From contig JAVBPW010000001.1 in NCBI GenBank assembly GCA_031549385.1, forward strand, positions 128,001 to 192,000: a DNA stretch of 64,000 nucleotides, read 5' to 3'. A program made the position numbers and the translations under genes. The DNA comes from Alphaproteobacteria bacterium (lineage in GTDB: Bacteria; Pseudomonadota; Alphaproteobacteria; Rs-D84; SZUA-605). Below, one piece after another: positions 31,084-40,281 of the stretch; position 1 is the first letter of the stretch; every line of letters starts with the position of its first letter. A model generated the notes under the pieces. It was not told the origin of the DNA. It searched no databases and saw nothing but the letters and a program-made list of their open reading frames with translations.

Positions 31084-32817
31084 ATGTCTTATTCTATTAA
31101 TGTTATTCGCCATTCTCTTGCACACGTTATGGCCGCTGCTGTGAAAAATCTCTTTGGAGATGTTAAATTTGCTATTGGACCTGACATAGATAATGGTTTT
31201 TACTATGACTTTGACTTGGAACACAGATTCAGCGAAGAAGATTTTGCTAAGATTGAATTTGAAATGAGAAAAATAATTAAATCAGATGGAAGATTTGTAC
31301 GAGAAGCACTAAGCAAAGACGAAGCGCTTAAAATGTTTGCTGATCAACCATATAAAATAGATTTAATACAAAACTTACCAGCAGATGAAGAAATTTCTGT
31401 TTATAAACTTCGTAACTTTGTAGATTTATGTAGAGGACCTCATGTTGATTCTACTTCAGATTTACCTCGTGATAGTTTCAAACTTGATAAAATAGCTGGA
31501 GCTTATTGGAGAGGTGATTCTAATAATAAAATGCTTCAAAGAATTTATGCTCTTGTATTTGCAACTAAAGAAGAACTTGATGCTTATATTGCTCAACGTG
31601 AAGAAGCTGAAAAAAGAGACCACAGAAAATTAGGACCTGCTTTGGATCTTTTCCACTTTGAGCCAGATTATGCACCAGGTGCTGTTTTTTGGCATGATAA
31701 AGGGTATACAATTTATCGTAACCTAATTGAATTTATGAGAAAGAAACAACAAGATGCTGGCTATATAGAAGTAAAAACTCCACGTGTAATGGACAGAGTT
31801 TTATGGGAAACTTCAGGTCACTGGGAAAAATATGGTCAACATAATTATTCTGGCAAAACTGAAGATGATAAAGTGTTTTGTATACGACCTATGAATTGCC
31901 CTGGTGGAATGTTGATTTTCGGACAAGGCATTAAATCATATAAAGATTTACCTTTAAGAGTTGCAGAATTTGGTGAAGTAAATCGTTATGAAGCAAGTGG
32001 CGCTTTACATGGATTACTTAGAGTTCGTGAATTTACTCAAGATGATGCTCATATATTTTGTACAAAAGCACAAATGGAAGAAGAATGTTTGAAGACTGTA
32101 AAATTCATTTTTGAAATTTATAAAGGTTTTGGATTTGAAAATGTAGAAATCAAATTATCAACTCGTCCAGAAAAAAGAATCGGGTCAGATGAAATTTGGG
32201 ATATTTCAGAAAAAGCATTAATGGATGTGTTAGACCATAATGGATATAAATATGAAATTCAAGAAGGTGAAGGTGCTTTTTATGGACCTAAACTTGAATT
32301 TGTTTTGAAAGATTCTATTGGTCGTTCATGGCAAATGGGAACTGTGCAACTTGATATGAGCTTGCCAGAAAGATTTGATTTGAGCTATATAGCAGAAGAT
32401 GGTTCAAAACAAAGACCTGTAATGTGGCACAGAGCTATTCTTGGTTCTATTGAAAGATTTTTGGGTATTTTAATTGAAAACTATGATGGAAAGTTTCCTT
32501 TATGGCTTGCTCCTGTTAAAGCTGTTATGATTCCTATATCTGAAAAACATATTGAATATGCTGATAAGGTTTATGAAGAATTCAAAAAAGCTGGAATTAC
32601 AATTGAAAAAGATTATTCAAATGAATCTATGCAAAAAAGAATTAGAGATGCTCAACTTCAAAAAATTCCTTATATGATCTTAGTAGGTCAAAAAGAAGAA
32701 GATGAAGGAAAGATTTCTATTCGTACTCGTGATAATAAACAAGAAAATGGAATCGAAATTTCTGGATTTATAAAAGAAATACTTAATAAAATAAGTAACA
32801 GAGACTTAGATATATAG
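31084..32817 (+). CDS. thrS: threonine--tRNA ligase
   Basis: RHSLAH, DLCRGPH, RDHRKLG, PMNCP and GAFYGPK. Confidence 0.99.
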   Translation: MSYSINVIRHSLAHVMAAAVKNLFGDVKFAIGPDIDNGFYYDFDLEHRFSEEDFAKIEFEMRKIIKSDGRFVREALSKDEALKMFADQPYKIDLIQNLPADEEISVYKLRNFVDLCRGPHVDSTSDLPRDSFKLDKIAGAYWRGDSNNKMLQRIYALVFATKEELDAYIAQREEAEKRDHRKLGPALDLFHFEPDYAPGAVFWHDKGYTIYRNLIEFMRKKQQDAGYIEVKTPRVMDRVLWETSGHWEKYGQHNYSGKTEDDKVFCIRPMNCPGGMLIFGQGIKSYKDLPLRVAEFGEVNRYEASGALHGLLRVREFTQDDAHIFCTKAQMEEECLKTVKFIFEIYKGFGFENVEIKLSTRPEKRIGSDEIWDISEKALMDVLDHNGYKYEIQEGEGAFYGPKLEFVLKDSIGRSWQMGTVQLDMSLPERFDLSYIAEDGSKQRPVMWHRAILGSIERFLGILIENYDGKFPLWLAPVKAVMIPISEKHIEYADKVYEEFKKAGITIEKDYSNESMQKRIRDAQLQKIPYMILVGQKEEDEGKISIRTRDNKQENGIEISGFIKEILNKISNRDLDI

Positions 32818-32822
32818 TTAAT

Positions 32823-32878
32823 ATCCTATTAAAATGTGGAAAGGTGACTTTCCACAGTTTAACAGGATTAATAAAAAA
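32823..32878 (+). repeat. dispersed DnaA-box/trio-like hairpin element, copy 7
   Basis: ATCCTATTAAAATGTGGAAAG-GTGA-CTTTCCACAGTTTAACAGGAT-TAATAAAAA; near-canonical DnaA boxes in both arms. Confidence 0.85.
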
Positions 32879-32883
32879 TATTT

Positions 32884-32958
32884 GTCCTTGTAGTTAAATG
32901 GATATAACGGGTTCCTCCTAAGAATCAGTTTCAGGTTCGATTCCTGGCCTGGACGCCA
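32884..32958 (+). tRNA. tRNA-Arg(CCT)
   Basis: Anticodon arm GGTTC-CTCCTAA-GAATC, T-loop TTCGATT, encoded CCA; acceptor stem has two mismatches. Confidence 0.9.
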
Positions 32959-33006
32959 CCAACTTGAAGTTGCACGCTTTAGTTTTCTGCAAATAAAAAA
33001 GCCCCT

Positions 33007-33333
33007 TTAAGAGGCTTTTTTTCGATTACGATAATTAAGATAATTTTGAATTGATTCAAATTTTATTGTAAATGTTCTACCATCTAAAGATTTCATTACT
33101 AAATCTTTTTCAGTTGTATAAAAACTTTCTACAAGATTGAAAAGTTTAAATTCTTTCATTGTATCCTTTCTTACGAGAACACAGACTTTCATATCTCGGT
33201 CAAGAACTATTAAAAATTCTTCACAGTTTGTATAACTAATTTCCCTGCCACAATTGAACCATTTGTCATTTTGGGTATTCAAAAACTTAACCCAAGTCGG
33301 GCAGATTTGAATGTTTAAATCTTTATCTTTCAT
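33007..33333 (-). CDS. hypothetical protein (paralogue of 23860-24183)
   Basis: Shares EF.(I/V)V....MK....VR.DTM..FK with the 107-aa ORF. Confidence 0.7.
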   Translation of the reverse strand: MKDKDLNIQICPTWVKFLNTQNDKWFNCGREISYTNCEEFLIVLDRDMKVCVLVRKDTMKEFKLFNLVESFYTTEKDLVMKSLDGRTFTIKFESIQNYLNYRNRKKAS

Positions 33334-33424
33334 AATATATATTTTTAGGTTTGTTTATATAAGTTTACTTGTAGACTAATTCACAAATTCTGATTCTGCA
33401 ATAAAAAAGAGCAAATTCTGCTTT

Positions 33425-33664
33425 TTAGCATCTGCAAGAAGGACTTAATGTCCCATCATTACAAAGTAATTTTCCAGAATTACTATCACAACCTCTTACT
33501 CCACCATGATGTGAACAACAACCTTGATTACCTCTCCTTGCATATAAGTTATTCAATTCTTGCATTGTAGGCGTTTTCTTATTGGCTATTTCAATTGTTT
33601 TAGTTATGTTTGCTTGTGATAAAGAAATTGTTAACACAGCTAATATAAATATTATTTTCTTCAT
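33425..33664 (-). CDS. small secreted Cys-rich protein
   Basis: Signal peptide and GCCSHHGGV.GC.....LCNDGT.SPSC.C motif. Confidence 0.75.
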   Translation of the reverse strand: MKKIIFILAVLTISLSQANITKTIEIANKKTPTMQELNNLYARRGNQGCCSHHGGVRGCDSNSGKLLCNDGTLSPSCRC

Positions 33665-33782
33665 ATTTAGTCCTTTCTTAGAGTTAATAAAGAAAGAATT
33701 AAATTATTTTTGAACTAAGTAAACAAGTATAGATTCCTAGGAAAATTATCAAAAAATACCCAGCGTTTAGCTGGGTGATTTT

Positions 33783-35045
33783 TTATTGGTTCATAGAATT
33801 AAAGAACTCGGCATTATTCTTGGTTGCTTTAATTTTATCAAGTAAGAATTTCATTGCATCTACCACACCCATTGGTTGTAAGATTCTTCTTAAAATCCAC
33901 ATTTTTTGTAAGTCTGCTGCTGGAACTAATAAATCCTCTTTTCTTGTTCCTGACTTTGTTATATCAATTGCTGGGAAGATTCTTGTGTCTGCAAGTTTTC
34001 TATCCAATATGATTTCTGAGTTTCCTGTTCCTTTAAATTCTTCAAAGATAACTTCGTCCATACGTGACCCTGTTTCTATTAATGCTGTTGCTATAATAGT
34101 CAATGATCCACCCTCTTCTATATTACGAGCTGCACCAAAGAATCGTTTTGGACGTTGAAGAGCATTAGCGTCTACTCCACCTGTTAAAACTTTTCCAGAT
34201 GATGGAATTACTGTGTTATATGCACGGCCTAATCTTGTAATAGAATCAAGAAGGATAACTACGTCTTTTCCTGATTCAACCATTCTTTTTGCTTTTTCTA
34301 TAACCATTTCGGCTACTTGAACGTGACGAGATGCTGGTTCATCAAATGTAGATGATACTACTTCACCTTTTACAGACCTTTTCATGTCTGTCACTTCTTC
34401 TGGACGTTCGTCTATTAAAAGAACTATTAATTGAATTTCAGGATGGTTTGCTGTTATTGCATGAGCTATATTTTGTAGCATGATTGTTTTACCAGCTTTT
34501 GGAGGAGCCACAATCAATCCACGTTGGCCTTTACCTTGTGGAGCTATTAAATCTATTATACGAGTTGTTATATCTTGAGTTGAATCTTTTTTATCGTCCA
34601 ATTCCATTTTCAAATGTTGATCTGGGTATAATGGAGTCAGAGAGTCAAATGCTACACGGTGTCTTATTTTCTTTGGGTCGCCACCGTTAATTGTGTTTAC
34701 TGTTTTTAATGCAAAATATCTTTCATTGTCTTTAGGAGATTTTACTTCACCTTCAATAACATCTCCGGTCTTTAAGCCATATTTTCTTATCAAATTAGGT
34801 GATACATATAAATCATCTGGACCTGCATAGTAATTCATTTCTGGGGCTCTTAAAAATCCAAAACCATCAGTTAAAATTTCTAAAGTACCATCCCCAAGGA
34901 GAGTTTCTCCGTTGACTGCTATCTTTTTTAATATAATAAATCTGAGGTGTTGTGTGTCGTGTTGGGATGGATTTTCAATTTCCAATTCTTCCGCCATTTT
35001 GATAAGTTCGGCTGGCGTTTTGCCTTTTAGCTCTTTGATATGCAT
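33783..35045 (-). CDS. rho: transcription termination factor Rho
   Basis: [26 protein letters not shown] and EEFKGTGN. Confidence 0.99.
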   Translation of the reverse strand: MHIKELKGKTPAELIKMAEELEIENPSQHDTQHLRFIILKKIAVNGETLLGDGTLEILTDGFGFLRAPEMNYYAGPDDLYVSPNLIRKYGLKTGDVIEGEVKSPKDNERYFALKTVNTINGGDPKKIRHRVAFDSLTPLYPDQHLKMELDDKKDSTQDITTRIIDLIAPQGKGQRGLIVAPPKAGKTIMLQNIAHAITANHPEIQLIVLLIDERPEEVTDMKRSVKGEVVSSTFDEPASRHVQVAEMVIEKAKRMVESGKDVVILLDSITRLGRAYNTVIPSSGKVLTGGVDANALQRPKRFFGAARNIEEGGSLTIIATALIETGSRMDEVIFEEFKGTGNSEIILDRKLADTRIFPAIDITKSGTRKEDLLVPAADLQKMWILRRILQPMGVVDAMKFLLDKIKATKNNAEFFNSMNQ

Positions 35046-35223
35046 TAATTTTCCTTATTAAGTTCCATTTTCCTTGATATTTTAGGCTTAAAAATAAAAA
35101 ATGGGAGGTTGTTTTTTTGACATTGATAATTATAGTAGAAAAAAATGAATAAGTCAAGTATTTTGACCTTAAATTTATAATTTTTCCTTTGCTTTTTAAT
35201 TAGAAAGCCTTAAAATCAAGCCT

Positions 35224-35817
35224 ATGACAGAAAATAAAATTATCGAAAAATTAAGCTCTTACCTATCAAAATTCCCATCTCTTGGAAAAAGATCGGCTAT
35301 GAAAATCACTTTACATCTTTTAAATAAGAAGGAAGTGTTGCTTAATCCATTAATAGACGCCTTAATTGAGGCTAAAGAAAAAATATCACCTTGCAAGCAT
35401 TGTGGAAACTTGGACGAAACCAATCCTTGTTCTATATGTAATGATAAATCCCGTGATGATAAGACTATTTGTGTAGTTAAAGACGTTATGTCTTTATGGG
35501 TTATTGAAAAAACTGGAGAATATAAGGGTAAATACTTTATTTTGAATGATTCCATTTTAAAGAAATACGGTGATAATCTTGAATCTGTGGTTGGAAATTT
35601 AAAAAAACTTATAGAAAGTCGTGGGGTGGACGAAATCATATTTGCTATGCCACTTAATATAGACGGCAAAACTATGCAATATTTCATAATGCAAGAACTT
35701 GGAGATAAGGTTAAGTATTGTGAGCTTGCACATGGAGTTCCTATTGGTTCTGATTTAGAATATATTGATGAGGGAACATTACAAAGTGCATTGTCTAATC
35801 GAAAAAGTATAAATTAG
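35224..35817 (+). CDS. recR: recombination mediator RecR
   Basis: HhH region (PSLGKRSA), CxxC...CxxC zinc finger, LAHGVPIG.DLEYIDEGTL. Confidence 0.93.
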   Translation: MTENKIIEKLSSYLSKFPSLGKRSAMKITLHLLNKKEVLLNPLIDALIEAKEKISPCKHCGNLDETNPCSICNDKSRDDKTICVVKDVMSLWVIEKTGEYKGKYFILNDSILKKYGDNLESVVGNLKKLIESRGVDEIIFAMPLNIDGKTMQYFIMQELGDKVKYCELAHGVPIGSDLEYIDEGTLQSALSNRKSIN

Positions 35818-35861
35818 TCCTTGATTTTTGGATTTGAGTACATATAATATCTTTTGGTCTC

Positions 35862-35938
35862 GCAAGTGTAGCTCAGTTGGCTAGAGCGCCTCCTTGCCAA
35901 GGAGGAGGTCGAGGGTTCGAGCCCCTTCACTTGCTCCA
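35862..35938 (+). tRNA. tRNA-Gly(GCC), integration target
   Basis: GCAAGTG/CACTTGC acceptor stem, anticodon arm CCTCC-TTGCCAA-GGAGG, encoded CCA. Confidence 0.97.
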
Positions 35939-35939
35939 T
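35894..35939 (+). repeat. att core repeat (left, within tRNA-Gly)
   Basis: TTGCCAAGGAGGAGGTCGAGGGTTCGAGCCCCTTCACTTGCTCCAT. Confidence 0.95.
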
Positions 35940-35984
35940 CATTTCCGCCACTTCCAAGAGATGTGGCTTTTTTATTATCTGGCT

Positions 35985-36005
35985 GAGATACCACAGGGAT
36001 ACCAA
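35985..36005 (+). promoter_or_regulatory. putative integrase arm-type sites (left)
   Basis: GAGATACCACAGGGATACCAA, a tandem GATACCA mirrored at 43293-43313. Confidence 0.6.
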
Positions 36006-36019
36006 AACTCAGAAAACCC

Positions 36020-38329
36020 TTATAGCTTTACACTTAAAAGATTAAACATTTCCTCAATATAATTATTTGTATCTGCTATTTCTGAAGCATTTTCATAATT
36101 TCTTTCGAAGTCTAATTCTTCTGGTCTTTCATTATCTTTTATTTCATGATAGATATCGTCTAATCCTATTACAATATCTGAACAGTCTTTTAAATTTATC
36201 TCAAAAACATTCCTAATCTCATTGATATTATCTATAAATAATTCAACATTAAAAGCAGAATCACAGTTTTCCTTACACTCTGACAAACAAGAAGACTTAA
36301 GATATGATAAAAATGAGCTTTTTATTATATTTAACTTGTCGTTATCAAATAGATCTGTATGCTCCTCAAATATATCTTTTAAAATATCAAACTCATAACT
36401 ATCCATTTCTCCTGAATTGCTTCTTTTTACAACACCGTTTATTATATCTTGCTTTAGGTTTTCAATTTTTAATTTTTTAGTAAATTTTGAAAAGCTTATA
36501 TACTCCAAAATGGCTATTAACTCCCTATGCAATTCAAAATCTTCCTCTTTTAGTAAAATTTGAATTCCTTCTTCTATCATTTTTTCTAAAAATTCGGAAT
36601 TTACATAAGAGCTAATTTTTATTAAAGATAAGACCAAAGATCTTATATTTTTAATTTTCATAGATGATATTTTATTATCTTTTTCTTTTGTAAAAATTTT
36701 ATTTATCTTACTTAATAAATAAGTAAAATCTCTCGTTGAAGATTCTTTTTTATTTAACAAAAATATAACTCCAGAAATAGTTGCAAAATGATCCAGCCTA
36801 TTAACTATAGAAATTAAATCTTCAAGATTATAACTGCAATCTGTTATATAATTTTCAATAAAATCTTGTACTGATGGGTCAAAAAATGAAATGTTAGGAT
36901 ACGGGCTATAAGATGTCTTACTAATTTTTATAAAGCTACCTTCTAATTCTTTTAACGCTAGCTCGAAATCTATAGCTTCGTAGGGAGTATTATACTTATT
37001 ACATAAAACACTATGTAATCTGTTAAAGGTTTCTTTTAAATTATCATATCTGTTTATATAATTATTACTCTCTACATATATAGCCAGAAGTAAATGTTTT
37101 GATTTTTCACTTATTTGTTTTTCAAAAGCAAATCTCCATATCTTTTCAGGATTATTTAAATTATCTATAAAAAATTGGAAATAATCTTTTGCTGCTAAAT
37201 CTTTTAAATTTTTTACATTTGTCATCCATTCTACTAATCTAGGTGTATAACTTTTATGCTCTATTATTTTTTTATATTTTTTATCCTCTATTAGCTTAAT
37301 TATATGCTCTTTTTCAAGTTTAGAATAATATAAGTGATTATAAAGAATTCTTGCTTTTTCTATAAGTTCATAATCTTCTATAGTTATCAAAACCTTTTTT
37401 TCTTCTAATGAACTATTTTGAAAGCATTCTGATAGATGTATTGAATTAGTTAATAAATGCTCTCTTGTTGTTAATATGAATAGTTTATTATTTGTATTTT
37501 TTATTAAGTCCATGAATTTGATTAAATTTTCATCTTCATTTTTTCCTAAATCATTAGAAAATGTTTTTCCTAAAAAATCATCATAATAAAAAACTTGTTT
37601 AAGATCTTTATCAAAAATATTTCTTCCTTCTTCAACGTCTTTTATTATTTCAATTGGAGTAAATTTATCTTTTAATAGAGAATAAATTATCATTTCTGAT
37701 AAAAAAGTTTTCCCTATTCCTGCATTTCCTGATACTATTATAACTTTATTCTCATTTAATTTATCTAGCGCTTCATTAAAAGATTTTGTTTGAACATACT
37801 TTGGAGCTTTTTCTTGTATTCTTCTTATCAATTCTTCTGTTTTTACTATAGATGAATTGTTAAATTGTTGAAACAAAATTTCTTTTAAAACAGCTGAACT
37901 TGTAAGCCACAATTTTATATGTTTTTTTACTATATCATCATGTTTTCTTATAAGATTCAGAATATCATTCAAAGATATTATATCTTCAGTAGTTTTTATA
38001 TATGGAGACAACTCATTAAAAATCAGCTCTTTTTCTTGAGGATTCATTTCAACAGAAGCTACAACAATATATCTTTCAGGATTTAATTTTTTTATTTTTG
38101 GCAATTCGCTATTTTTTAATTGATACTTTAATGAATTAAACCCCGATTTGATATAGTGCTTACATTGTATTATTGTTTTTTTATTTAACTTAGTATATCT
38201 TAAGTCTATTCCTTTATCTGTTCCTGTTTTAAAACTCTCTATTAAAGGTATCTTAAAGTGCATTTGCAATAAATCTCTTACAAGTTCTTCAAAATCAATG
38301 TCTGTTAATTTTCCTAAATCATATTCCAT
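36020..38329 (-). CDS. Mrr-like restriction endonuclease fused to STAND-type (nSTAND3-like) NTPase; defence candidate
   Basis: DFEELVRDLL...DKGIDL...IIQCKHY PD-(D/E)xK-like domain; Walker A GNAGIGKT; Walker B YYDDFLG; ILTTRE. Confidence 0.8.
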   Translation of the reverse strand: MEYDLGKLTDIDFEELVRDLLQMHFKIPLIESFKTGTDKGIDLRYTKLNKKTIIQCKHYIKSGFNSLKYQLKNSELPKIKKLNPERYIVVASVEMNPQEKELIFNELSPYIKTTEDIISLNDILNLIRKHDDIVKKHIKLWLTSSAVLKEILFQQFNNSSIVKTEELIRRIQEKAPKYVQTKSFNEALDKLNENKVIIVSGNAGIGKTFLSEMIIYSLLKDKFTPIEIIKDVEEGRNIFDKDLKQVFYYDDFLGKTFSNDLGKNEDENLIKFMDLIKNTNNKLFILTTREHLLTNSIHLSECFQNSSLEEKKVLITIEDYELIEKARILYNHLYYSKLEKEHIIKLIEDKKYKKIIEHKSYTPRLVEWMTNVKNLKDLAAKDYFQFFIDNLNNPEKIWRFAFEKQISEKSKHLLLAIYVESNNYINRYDNLKETFNRLHSVLCNKYNTPYEAIDFELALKELEGSFIKISKTSYSPYPNISFFDPSVQDFIENYITDCSYNLEDLISIVNRLDHFATISGVIFLLNKKESSTRDFTYLLSKINKIFTKEKDNKISSMKIKNIRSLVLSLIKISSYVNSEFLEKMIEEGIQILLKEEDFELHRELIAILEYISFSKFTKKLKIENLKQDIINGVVKRSNSGEMDSYEFDILKDIFEEHTDLFDNDKLNIIKSSFLSYLKSSCLSECKENCDSAFNVELFIDNINEIRNVFEINLKDCSDIVIGLDDIYHEIKDNERPEELDFERNYENASEIADTNNYIEEMFNLLSVKL

Positions 38330-38457
38330 GTTATTTGCCTTTATTAACTTTTATTAAAAATAATAAATCAAAAAAATTATTTATTCAATCACAATACATT
38401 CTTAATTGGGGCTTCATTTAAATTGACTTTTATTTTTATGTATTATATCATTTTTTT

Positions 38458-38629
38458 AATGCTGGGTGTTCCAGCGTTGAGGTGTAGTTACCTCTATGAC
38501 TAGCGTCTGCAGACGTTAAATGCCCTCAACCTTATGGTTGGAGGGCTCGCGAATAAGCTTAAGGCAAATAAGCGGCACTATCTAGTCATAGTAACTAACC
38601 TCCAGCCACCTCTTTTTAAGGTGGTTTTT
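38458..38629 (+). ncRNA. structured leader RNA, copy A
   Basis: 5' hairpin, long-range stems TAGTTAC/GTAACTA and TATGACTAG/CTAGTCATA, internal hairpins and a terminator-like 3' hairpin; homologous to 43582-43762. Confidence 0.6.
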
Positions 38630-38658
38630 AATTAAAAACAACAAATTGGAGGTTGTAT

Positions 38659-39345
38659 ATGAAAAAACTAGTTATTAGCTTTATTGCTTTATCAATATCA
38701 GGGTGTTCTTACCTGTCAGACTTAATGCCAACATATAAATGTTATTCATCAGAAAAAGCTGCTGCGTGTCTTTTACAGAAAGATTATGACTCTCTAATTA
38801 CAAAAGGATATTCTGAAGAAGACATTAAAACTCTTATTGGAAAATTGCTTGGAGGCGAATACACAGGCTATTGTGTTGAAGAAATTCAAGGAAAATGCAG
38901 ATTCAATTATACTTTAACAGATATAGAAAAAGTAGAAAAGACCCTTAAAGCAGATAAAGTTAGGGAAGAAAAAGAACAAGCTCAATCTGACAAGCAAGCT
39001 AAAGAAGTTCAAACTATAGAAAAGAAGTATAGTAAAAAATTCTGTTCAGAAGAATTACATTGGTATGGTTTGTCAAAACAGTCAATTCCTAAGAATTGTT
39101 TACTTTATGCCCAAACAGGATATTTAACAGTTATGCAACAAGCTCCTAGTGGTACTTTAGTTAATTTAAGATTGCCAGTGGGATATTCAGATCAAACCTA
39201 TTTTGTTGTTAGCAACAGTAAAGATTCAGGATTAGCTGATGACCAAGCTATCTCTCAAGGTATATTTGAAAATGTAGGCACTTATCAATATACATCAGTA
39301 ACGGGAGCAACAAGAACAGTCGTAAAATTAAAGAGATTACAATAG
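38659..39345 (+). CDS. lipoprotein of unknown function (island cargo)
   Basis: Lipobox ISGC; GGAGG SD before ATG 38659. Confidence 0.75.
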   Translation: MKKLVISFIALSISGCSYLSDLMPTYKCYSSEKAAACLLQKDYDSLITKGYSEEDIKTLIGKLLGGEYTGYCVEEIQGKCRFNYTLTDIEKVEKTLKADKVREEKEQAQSDKQAKEVQTIEKKYSKKFCSEELHWYGLSKQSIPKNCLLYAQTGYLTVMQQAPSGTLVNLRLPVGYSDQTYFVVSNSKDSGLADDQAISQGIFENVGTYQYTSVTGATRTVVKLKRLQ

Positions 39346-39354
39346 GAGGTAATT

Positions 39355-39789
39355 ATGAAAAAAAATAAATATATTGAGAGTACATTATCAAAAGATGAAA
39401 ATATATTAGCTGTGGCTGAATTGCCTTGGATTAGCTATATAACTCCAGCGGCTATATTTTTATTTGCTTTTATAGCACTATTCAGCTCATTTGCTTTGTT
39501 TATAATAATCGGAGCAATAGGGTTATTAGTCTTAATGAGACTATTGGCGGTTGAGATGGTTTGTACTAATAAACGAGTAATCTTAAAGAAAGGCTTCTTA
39601 TTGCCTCATACTGAAGAAATCAGAATAGAAAAAATAGAATTTGTTTCTATGGGTGGAGATATGGGCGACTGTGGAACTTTGATATTTGGAGGAACAGGAG
39701 CTACTAAGGTCATCTTTAATGTTAAAAATCCAAAACAAACAAAGGTTGAATTTGAAGAAGTTATAGAAAGACTTCATAGGAAAAAGTAA
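39355..39789 (+). CDS. bacterial PH-domain membrane protein
   Basis: Two TM segments followed by TNKRVILKKG...EEIRIEKIE...GTLIF. Confidence 0.75.
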   Translation: MKKNKYIESTLSKDENILAVAELPWISYITPAAIFLFAFIALFSSFALFIIIGAIGLLVLMRLLAVEMVCTNKRVILKKGFLLPHTEEIRIEKIEFVSMGGDMGDCGTLIFGGTGATKVIFNVKNPKQTKVEFEEVIERLHRKK

Positions 39790-39861
39790 TATAGTTTCGA
39801 CAGTTATGGTTTTTGATATGGTTAATTTTATTGACTTGTATCGAAAATCAAGCTGTCGAAA

Positions 39862-40281
39862 TCAATCTTCATCAAACACAAGATCTTCATCTGCTTCTAG
39901 AATTTGTTTTAGCTTCCTAATTTCGTTAATATCAACCGTTTCTCTTGGTTCGTGCTGTATTATTACACTTAAGGGCTTATCTTCACTTGTTAACCTAAAA
40001 ATCGTATCAAATGCCTTTATATTTCCATTTAATGCACTATCAATCATTTTTATAGCTAACGCCGTTCTTACATCTATTTCTTTTATCTCTAGCGTAGGAT
40101 AATCTTTTTGTAAACCTTCTGTATTTTGATATGGCGTATCTAATAGATTTTTTAGAACTCTTGATAATTCTTTCTTTTTCTTTCTAGATTCTCCACTTGC
40201 GATACCACCAATTCTACCTAGTTCTCTTGCTTCACTCTCGCTTCGTTCATTCATTGGGGTCAGATTTTTTTCATTTGCCAT
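39862..40281 (-). CDS. phage terminase small subunit-like protein
   Basis: MANEKNLTPMNERSESEARELGRIGGIASGESRKKKK N-terminus and ALNGNIKAF motif, as seen in TerS-like phage proteins; start corrected to 40281. Confidence 0.6.
   Translation of the reverse strand: MANEKNLTPMNERSESEARELGRIGGIASGESRKKKKELSRVLKNLLDTPYQNTEGLQKDYPTLEIKEIDVRTALAIKMIDSALNGNIKAFDTIFRLTSEDKPLSVIIQHEPRETVDINEIRKLKQILEADEDLVFDED

Noticed and set aside
35814-36062. Short ORFs 35814-36005(-) and 35877-36062(+)
   Set aside because: Shadow frames across tRNA-Gly.
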